Origin: a virus
IMG/VR virus record: IMGVR_UViG_3300042301_002170
DNA: 64,000 bases
Strand: one strand, 5' to 3'
The position numbers and the translations under genes are program-made. Below the pieces are notes generated by a model, which worked only from the letters and a program-made list of their open reading frames with translations, searched no databases and was not told where the DNA came from. Within the stretch, counting starts at the first letter, position 1; the number at the start of each line of letters is the position of its first letter. Below, one piece after another: positions 57,610 through 64,000 of the stretch.

Positions 57610-58608
57610 ATGTACGATGTTTATTACACAACCGCAGGAGGACCTTGGTTCAATAGTGGTGCAGATATGTGGGTAACACAATGGATAAAAGAAGTGGCTC
57701 CTCATTTAGAAGTGAAGCCACTTCTTCTTTTCCATAGACACAAACCTCAGAATTATGAGGATTTTGAAATCAATATTGACCATATTTGGGAAACATCTGA
57801 AGATGAAATTATAAAACATTTGGAAGGTGCAAGACGAATTCATATTCTACACGGTCATTATACTCCAACCAGAGCTATTCATCAAAATTTGGAAAAGATT
57901 GATTCAATCGTTTTTCATAATTTAACAAGAGTGTCTTTAATGGCACAAATGGAAAAAGAAGAATACTTACATTGGTACGGCAATTGGGAATATGAATCAG
58001 AAATGATTGATAAAATTAAACATAAAGTTTGGGTAGGATTATATCATTTTCCATATAAAACGGATAATTTACATCACATACCAAACTGTTACGAATTTAC
58101 AGTAAATAAAGAAGTTTCGGAGTCATTGAAAATTGGTTTTGCCGCAAGAGCGGAAGGTAGAAAAAATTTAGAGTTCATAGAACCATTTGAAAATTATATT
58201 TCTACTAATTCAGAAACATTTAACAAATATTACCGAAAGAAGTATGGACACAAATTCGAAAAAAGTAAAATTTATAAATTTGATTACAAATATAAAGAAA
58301 GGTTCTACGGACTTGATTGGGGTATATCTCACTCGTGTTTTGAAAATGAACCATTCGGATATGGAATATTTGAAGCAGTTGATTGGGGTAAAGTACCAAT
58401 ACTACATGAAAACTGGTGTATTCCCCTTGACTACAAATATAAAGCAAAAGATGCAGAAACTTTTAAGGAAACCTATGAGCAAATCTGTAAAGATAGTTAT
58501 GAAGAAAGAAAAACAGAACATCACAAACTAAAAGATTGGATGAAAACACATTTTGGAAATAAAGATGTATGGAAAGAAAAACTTTTAGATATTTATAACG
58601 GAGAATAA
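57610..58608 (+). CDS. GT-B glycosyltransferase (GT4-like)
   Basis: N-terminal SGAD.WV, IGFAARAEGRKN, NEPFGYGIFEAVDWGKVPI (E-x7-E motif). Confidence 0.8.
   Translation: MYDVYYTTAGGPWFNSGADMWVTQWIKEVAPHLEVKPLLLFHRHKPQNYEDFEINIDHIWETSEDEIIKHLEGARRIHILHGHYTPTRAIHQNLEKIDSIVFHNLTRVSLMAQMEKEEYLHWYGNWEYESEMIDKIKHKVWVGLYHFPYKTDNLHHIPNCYEFTVNKEVSESLKIGFAARAEGRKNLEFIEPFENYISTNSETFNKYYRKKYGHKFEKSKIYKFDYKYKERFYGLDWGISHSCFENEPFGYGIFEAVDWGKVPILHENWCIPLDYKYKAKDAETFKETYEQICKDSYEERKTEHHKLKDWMKTHFGNKDVWKEKLLDIYNGE
58590..58597 (+). promoter_or_regulatory. Putative late promoter TATTTATA embedded in the GT gene 3' end
   Basis: Encoded by the ...LDIYNGE codons; 22 nt upstream of ATG 58620. Confidence 0.4.
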
Positions 58609-58619
58609 CACATACTAAT

Positions 58620-60371
58620 ATGCCAAAAACTAATTTATCTTTAGGAAATTTATACAGAGCAACTGTAGGTTCAGCAAGAACTTCACAAGCATCATCATTA
58701 AATGCAAGAAATGCATCTGCAGGAACTTCAATTTCCATTGGAGCATTTGCAATTGATTCGGTAACAGTAACTCCACCAACTTTTACATATATTGTAGAAT
58801 CTACATCTGAAAATGCTACATTTACATTTGGAAGTGCGGGTGCTGCTCATACTGCAAGAGTTGCTAGTGTAGCTGCAAACTATACAGTATCATTTAATAA
58901 TGCAAACTTTACAGTTGGTGGTGCAACATTAGGAGCTACTTCAACGTTTCCAGTAACACCTGCATCCATCGCAGTATCAACGTATTCAGAAGCACAATCT
59001 ACGTTATCAATGACGTATAACGATGGGTTTAATACTGCGGCAACAAATTATAACTCTACTGTTACAAAAATTTTATACGCAGTTGATGTTTATAATACAA
59101 TTAACCAACCAGATTTCTGTTTATTATTTGATACTCCGGTAACAAAAGCAGACAATACTATTGTAAATGTAGAAGATTTGGCAGTTGGTGATGTTATTAA
59201 AGCATGGGTGCCAGCGGGATTGCCTGATGAATCATTGGATGGGACAGATACAGAAGCAACAGAATGGAGAATGTTTAATTCAGATACCGCTGCAGGTGAA
59301 TACCAGGATGTAACTGTATCTGATATTACATTTAACTTTGCAAGTGGGTATTACAATATTAATAATGGTTTAATAAAGGCAACTGGAACTCACCCATTAT
59401 ATGTGTTTGATTTTGAAACACAAAAATATCACTTTAAATTAGTAGAAACTATATTACCAGGAGATTCAATATTAACTTATGATGAAACCGATGGTTTAGT
59501 TGAAGTTTTGGTATATGATGTTGCTAAAATAATAGAAGATGTTGAAATTGTAACACTCAACGTAGAAAATGCTGACGTTTATTTGGCAAATGGTACAATA
59601 TCACACAACAAAGGAACAACTACACAACCATCTATTCCTGCATCTGGATTAAGAATGTATTTAGAACCTGCTAAAACTGCATCATTTGCAGCAGGTTCTT
59701 TACCTGCAACTGGTACACCAACGGTAGATTTGTTGGATATGAGTGGGTATGGTACGGGTGTTAGACCTGGAGCACAGGGACCTTTATCATTGGCAAGTGG
59801 AAATCCATCATACAATAATGGTGGAAGTAGAAACGAAAGATACTATTCATTTAATGGAACATCTAACTTATTCTATAAAGATACTGCATCTAATATTAAT
59901 GGTGGTATATCTCAATTTAATACTAATACAGGTACAATTCACGTTTGGATTAGACCTACAACTACATTAGGTGTTGCATCAAGACCTATATTTGATTATG
60001 CGGGTTTTTATAAATTATCAATTGAATCAACAAACAGTTCTACATTAAATAGAGTACAATTTACAGGTAGTTCTTTGGGAAGTTCCGGTCAATTAACAAC
60101 ATCATTATCATCAAATGTATGGTATATGATTTCAGCGGCATTCCAACCAAGTGGTACTTGTACAATTTATGTAGATGGAGTATCTGTTGGTACATTTTCA
60201 TCATCAGCATTCACTGCACCATCATCTACAAACTATGTAACAATTGGTTCAAATACAGGTAGAACGTTATTTTGGAATGGACAAATCGGACCAGTATTGT
60301 TTTATAACACATTACAAACTTTAGCCTTAGTAGACCAGGTATATGATTATTTCTCTCCAAACTACAAATAA
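58620..60371 (+). CDS. Virion protein with Hint (intein-like) domain and C-terminal LamG domain
   Basis: F|CLLFDTPV (Cys at 59118), IKATGTHP block B, VTLNVE..DVYLANGTISHN|K (Asn at 59607); then HVWIRP...WYMISA...IYVDG...GQIGPV.FYN LamG. Confidence 0.8.
   Translation: MPKTNLSLGNLYRATVGSARTSQASSLNARNASAGTSISIGAFAIDSVTVTPPTFTYIVESTSENATFTFGSAGAAHTARVASVAANYTVSFNNANFTVGGATLGATSTFPVTPASIAVSTYSEAQSTLSMTYNDGFNTAATNYNSTVTKILYAVDVYNTINQPDFCLLFDTPVTKADNTIVNVEDLAVGDVIKAWVPAGLPDESLDGTDTEATEWRMFNSDTAAGEYQDVTVSDITFNFASGYYNINNGLIKATGTHPLYVFDFETQKYHFKLVETILPGDSILTYDETDGLVEVLVYDVAKIIEDVEIVTLNVENADVYLANGTISHNKGTTTQPSIPASGLRMYLEPAKTASFAAGSLPATGTPTVDLLDMSGYGTGVRPGAQGPLSLASGNPSYNNGGSRNERYYSFNGTSNLFYKDTASNINGGISQFNTNTGTIHVWIRPTTTLGVASRPIFDYAGFYKLSIESTNSSTLNRVQFTGSSLGSSGQLTTSLSSNVWYMISAAFQPSGTCTIYVDGVSVGTFSSSAFTAPSSTNYVTIGSNTGRTLFWNGQIGPVLFYNTLQTLALVDQVYDYFSPNYK
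59118..59609 (+). other. Hint auto-processing domain (164 aa, no endonuclease, +1 residue Lys)
   Basis: C1, TxxH and terminal HN motifs read directly; the next residue is K rather than C/S/T. Confidence 0.8.
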
Positions 60372-60399
60372 TAAATTGTTGTTTTGAAAATAATTTTTA

Positions 60400-60407
60400 T
60401 ATTTATA
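60400..60407 (+). promoter_or_regulatory. Putative late promoter TATTTATA
   Basis: Intergenic, upstream of the sheath ATG at 60441. Confidence 0.55.
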
Positions 60408-60440
60408 TTAAGATAATAAAATTTTTAAATTAGAATACAA

Positions 60441-62672
60441 ATGGCAGACAAAATAGTATCACCAGGTGTTTTTACAAAAGAAAACGACCTTTCATTTTTA
60501 CAACAAGGTGTAGCTGATATTGGTGCAGCTTTCATCGGACCTTTTAAAGAAGGACCATTAGTTCCAACAATCGTTAATTCTCAAGCAGAATTCGAAACTT
60601 TGTTTGGAACAGTTGATGATACATACTACACACCTTTAGCAGTACAATCATATTTAAGAGAAGCAGGAACTGCTACAATTTGTAGAGTTGCGGGTATCGG
60701 CGGATATACTGAAACTGCTCCTTTATTATTAACAGTAACTTCTGGTTCAATATCGGCATCTGTTGGTATTTTATTTAATACGGCAAGTGGTTCAAACGCA
60801 GGTTTTGCAGGAACAACTGTAACAGTCGGTTCATCTGGTCAATTTTTAATTTCGGGTTCAAACGCAGGATTGTTATCCGCATCTTTGGAAGCATCTGATA
60901 CGGATGATATTGAATCTGTATTTGGATTATCTGCTTTTGGAGCAAAAAAACCTTATGTTTATGGATTTTTTAAAAATCATAATGTTCCATTTGTATCAGC
61001 TACAAGTGCAAGTGTAACGGTATTAGCAGACCAAGCATATACATTTGATGCACAAGAAGCATTGACACCATTTATCCAATCACAATTGATTTCTGGAGAA
61101 AGAACAAATCTTTTCCGTTTTGAAACAATTGGTGCAGGAAATGCAGCAAATACTAAAGTTAAAATCGGTATTACAAACATTAAAGCAGCAGGTTCAGTAA
61201 ACGGTACTGATTATGGTACATTTACAGTTGTTGTTAGAGATGGAGCCGATACAAACAAAAAGAAAGTAGTATTAGAAACTTATTCTAATGTAAACTTAGA
61301 CCCTAACTCTCCTAACTACATCGCAAGAGTAATTGGTGATAGAAAGAGAACAATTGCATCAGATGGTAAAGTAACTGAAAATGGTGATTGGGTTAATAAC
61401 TCAAAATATATTAGAATTTCTGAATTAAACGAAAACTCACCAGTTCAAGCAGTTCCTTTTGGACATGGAGCTTATACATTACCAATCTCAGCATCAGCAG
61501 GAATTGGTTCATTAATTCCTTCAGTAACTTATGTTAGTTCTTCGGCAACTGTATATGGTGGTATTGATTTGGATGGTAATATTGATAACTCAATTTACTT
61601 AAAGCCAATTCCTAACGGAGCAGGTGTAGGTGCTAACGTAGCATTTGGAGTAGATGTGGCAAACGGAGGAGCATTATCTGTTGGTAATTCAGCAGCACAA
61701 TTCTTAGTAGCATTCCAAGAAGGTTTTGATGGTATGAGTCCGGCAACACCTATCTACAAAGGAGATAGTATTATAGCAGGAAACTCACAAGGATTTAACC
61801 TTACTAACTCATTATCATCTGGCTCTGTTGCTTACGGAAAGCATGTATCTGCATTATCTAACCAAGATGAATACGATGTTAATATGATTGTAACTCCTGG
61901 TGTTATTAGAAGATTGCACACCGCAGTAACAACTGATATTTTAGATATGGTTGAAGAAAGAAGTGATTGTTTCTACATAATGGACACAACAACATATTCG
62001 GATTCAATAACAAACGCAGTAGGACAAGCAAATGATATTGATTCTAACTACGCAGCAACTTACTACCCTTGGATTAAAACAATTGATGTTAATACTAATA
62101 AGTTAATTGCAGTACCACCATCAGTATTATTACCTGGTGTATTTGCATCTAACGATAGAGTAGCAGCAGAATGGTTCGCACCAGCAGGTTTGAATAGAGG
62201 TGGTTTGATTGGAGCAGTAGCAGTTCAAAATCGTTTAACTCAATCGGAAAAAGATACATTATATGAAGGAAAGGTAAATCCAATCGTTCAGTTCCCAGGA
62301 CAAGGTATCGTAGTATTCGGACAAAAAACATTACAAGATAAACCATCTGCATTAGATAGAATTAATGTAAGAAGATTATTATTAACTGTTAGAAAATACA
62401 TCGCATCTACTTCAAGATATTTAGTATTCGAACAAAATACTTCTGAAACTAGAAACAGATTCTTAAACATCGTAAACCCTTACTTAGAAGCAATTCAACA
62501 AAGACAAGGACTTTACGCATTTAGAGTTGTGATGGATGATTCAAACAACACACCAGATGTAATTGATAGAAACATTATGAAAGGAGCTATCTACTTACAA
62601 CCAACTAAGACAGCTGAATTCATTCAAATTGATTTCAACATCTTACCAACTGGCGCGGCGTTTAACGGATAA
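60441..62672 (+). CDS. gp18: Tail sheath protein (T4 gp18-like)
   Basis: SPGVFTKEND, FIGPFKEGP, YYPWI, EWFAPAGLNRG, VNPIVQFPGQG.VVFGQKTLQ....ALDRINVRRLL. Confidence 0.95.
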   Translation: MADKIVSPGVFTKENDLSFLQQGVADIGAAFIGPFKEGPLVPTIVNSQAEFETLFGTVDDTYYTPLAVQSYLREAGTATICRVAGIGGYTETAPLLLTVTSGSISASVGILFNTASGSNAGFAGTTVTVGSSGQFLISGSNAGLLSASLEASDTDDIESVFGLSAFGAKKPYVYGFFKNHNVPFVSATSASVTVLADQAYTFDAQEALTPFIQSQLISGERTNLFRFETIGAGNAANTKVKIGITNIKAAGSVNGTDYGTFTVVVRDGADTNKKKVVLETYSNVNLDPNSPNYIARVIGDRKRTIASDGKVTENGDWVNNSKYIRISELNENSPVQAVPFGHGAYTLPISASAGIGSLIPSVTYVSSSATVYGGIDLDGNIDNSIYLKPIPNGAGVGANVAFGVDVANGGALSVGNSAAQFLVAFQEGFDGMSPATPIYKGDSIIAGNSQGFNLTNSLSSGSVAYGKHVSALSNQDEYDVNMIVTPGVIRRLHTAVTTDILDMVEERSDCFYIMDTTTYSDSITNAVGQANDIDSNYAATYYPWIKTIDVNTNKLIAVPPSVLLPGVFASNDRVAAEWFAPAGLNRGGLIGAVAVQNRLTQSEKDTLYEGKVNPIVQFPGQGIVVFGQKTLQDKPSALDRINVRRLLLTVRKYIASTSRYLVFEQNTSETRNRFLNIVNPYLEAIQQRQGLYAFRVVMDDSNNTPDVIDRNIMKGAIYLQPTKTAEFIQIDFNILPTGAAFNG

Positions 62673-62685
62673 TTTTAAAAAACCA

Positions 62686-62693
62686 TATTTATT
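62686..62693 (+). promoter_or_regulatory. Putative late promoter variant TATTTATT
   Basis: Intergenic, upstream of the tube ATG at 62721. Confidence 0.45.
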
Positions 62694-62720
62694 AGAGAAT
62701 AACATTTAAATAAAAAGAAA

Positions 62721-63209
62721 ATGCCAGAAATATTAGAATTTGACAAGATATTTTATAAGAATTTTGAACCAAAGCTTGGTAATAGATTCATTATGGAAAT
62801 CAATGGTATCGAATCATACATCATCAAAACTGCAAGTAGACCAACATTTACTTCGGAAATAGTTGAATTAGACCATATCAACGTAAAGCGTAAGATAAAG
62901 GGAAAATCTAACTGGGATGATATGAATATCACACTTTATGACCCAATCGTTCCATCAGGAGCACAACAAGTTATGGAGTGGATTAGAACATCACACGAAT
63001 CATTAACGGGTAGAGATGGATACGCAGCGTTCTATAAGAAGGATATTACTTTCTATTTGTTAGGACCAGTTGGTGATAAAGTAGAACAATGGACAATCAA
63101 AGGAGCATTCATTACATCGGCAAACTTTGGTGAGTTGGATTGGGCTTCAAACGACCCTGTATCAATTGAATTAACTTTAACATTTGATTACGCAGTATTA
63201 GAGTACTAA
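62721..63209 (+). CDS. gp19: Tail tube protein (T4 gp19-like)
   Basis: FEPKLGNRF, W.DMNITLYDP, W..KGAF.TSANFGELDW...IELTLTFDYA; follows the sheath. Confidence 0.9.
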   Translation: MPEILEFDKIFYKNFEPKLGNRFIMEINGIESYIIKTASRPTFTSEIVELDHINVKRKIKGKSNWDDMNITLYDPIVPSGAQQVMEWIRTSHESLTGRDGYAAFYKKDITFYLLGPVGDKVEQWTIKGAFITSANFGELDWASNDPVSIELTLTFDYAVLEY

Positions 63210-63233
63210 GATTAAATAAAGTAATTGAAATAG

Positions 63234-63265
63234 AGGGGAGCAGAGATGTTCCCCTTTATTTTTTT
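63234..63265 (+). terminator. Intrinsic terminator after the tube gene
   Basis: AGGGGAGCA-gaga-TGTTCCCCT then TTATTTTTTT. Confidence 0.75.
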
Positions 63266-63270
63266 AAAAA

Positions 63271-63285
63271 TGTGATATATATTAA
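63271..63285 (+). promoter_or_regulatory. Putative promoter TGTGATATATATTAA
   Basis: Variant of the 22101 and 15904 motif; followed by AGTTATAT before ATG 63306. Confidence 0.45.
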
Positions 63286-63305
63286 TAAACACATTAAGTT
63301 ATATT

Positions 63306-64000
63306 ATGGAAGAACAATTAGAACAACAAGTTACGAGAGGTTTAGGGGCATCCCAAACTACAACTCAAAAAAACTTCCCATTTGCAACGGAAGTTATTTC
63401 ATTACCATCTAAAGGATTAGCATATCCAGAGAGTTCACCTTTATCAAGAGGAGAAATAACTCTTAAATTAATGACTGCAAAAGAAGAAGATATTTTAACT
63501 TCTACAAATTTAATCCGTAAAGGAATACATTTGGATAGATTATTAGAATCAATTGTAGTAGAACCTGGAGTTAATATCAATGACCTTTTAATTGGTGATA
63601 AAAACGCAATTTTGATTATCACAAGAATGTTAGCATTTGGAGCTGAATATGATATTACAGTAACAGATTCAATATCGGAAGAAGATGTGGTTGTAAAAGT
63701 TGATTTATCTAAATTAAAAACAAAAGAAATTGATTATTCTTTATTAAATAGAAACAACGAATACGAATTTACTTTACCAAAATCAAAAACTGAAATTAAA
63801 TTTAAATTACTTAATCATGGTGATGAACTTGCAATTCAAAAAGATGTTGAAGCAAGTGAAAAAATATTAAAACAAGGAAACGAAATTACTACTAGATTTA
63901 GAAGAATCATCACAGAGGTAGAAGGTAATAGAGATTTAGGATATATCAGTAACTTTGTTTCAAATAGATTGTTAGCAATGGATTCAAAAGCATTGAGAAA
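63306..64000 (+). CDS. Baseplate hub/tail assembly protein (T4 gp26-like), 3' truncated; missed by the ORF track
   Basis: Open from ATG 63306 to the window end: EVISLPSKG..YP...ITLKLMTAKEEDILT...LLIGDKNAILI..RMLAFG..Y...VDLSKL...EFTLPKSK..IKFKLL..GDE. Confidence 0.8.
   Translation, partial: MEEQLEQQVTRGLGASQTTTQKNFPFATEVISLPSKGLAYPESSPLSRGEITLKLMTAKEEDILTSTNLIRKGIHLDRLLESIVVEPGVNINDLLIGDKNAILIITRMLAFGAEYDITVTDSISEEDVVVKVDLSKLKTKEIDYSLLNRNNEYEFTLPKSKTEIKFKLLNHGDELAIQKDVEASEKILKQGNEITTRFRRIITEVEGNRDLGYISNFVSNRLLAMDSKALR

Noticed and set aside
59118-59609. Mobile intein with homing endonuclease
   Set aside because: It is only 164 aa with no LAGLIDADG or HNH motif, and the +1 residue is Lys. 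Treated as a functional Hint domain instead.
1755-63622. Many short antisense or overlapping ORFs in the track (e.g. 1755-1988, 17213-17587, 26958-27362, 63365-63622)
   Set aside because: They are shadows of long, motif-bearing genes, with no start context or recognisable motifs.
1-64000. Stop-codon reassignment, as in some large phages of Bacteroidota
   Set aside because: Core genes (TerL, portal, capsid, sheath) are full-length in the standard code, and TAG/TGA terminate genes at sensible places (e.g. 22100, 22813, 55972).
1-64000. tRNA or rRNA genes; introns in TerL, portal or capsid genes
   Set aside because: Intergenic gaps are short and AT-rich with no cloverleaf or T-loop pattern seen by eye (tRNAscan-SE would be decisive), and the core ORFs are uninterrupted.

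Overview
This AT-rich 64-kb window comes from a large T4-like tailed phage (contractile tail) read in the standard genetic code. A Bacteroidota host is inferred from SD-less, A-rich translation starts. There are four blocks. (1) 1-15.9 kb: two convergent operons for glycan/nucleotide-sugar synthesis and tailoring (3 radical SAM, 3 SGNH-like, 3 GT10-like, 3 SDR epimerase/reductases, RmlC, a split minimal ThDP E1-alpha/beta pair, PhyH dioxygenase). (2) 16.1-22.1 kb: a 1999-aa multidomain protein with an HxGH nucleotidyltransferase, a Gly/Ala hydrophobic segment, an HExxH zincin, RelE-like and ART-like domains and a KxDG ligase-like domain, joined by prohead-protease-type xxE junctions. (3) 22-38 kb: T4-like packaging, head and neck module (TerL, portal, prohead protease, scaffold, major capsid, gp13/14/15). 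(4) 38-60 kb: about 14 Ser/Thr-rich fibre and lectin genes plus a glycosyltransferase and a Hint-domain protein, inserted between gp15 and the sheath, tube and gp26-like genes. A recurrent TATTTATA-type motif precedes most structural genes, and a variant also precedes the sugar operon. Best candidates for undescribed biology: a late-expressed branched-sugar pathway that may glycosylate a modular fibre coat, and a capsid-packaged enzyme polyprotein. All family calls come from motif recognition by eye; no searches were run.
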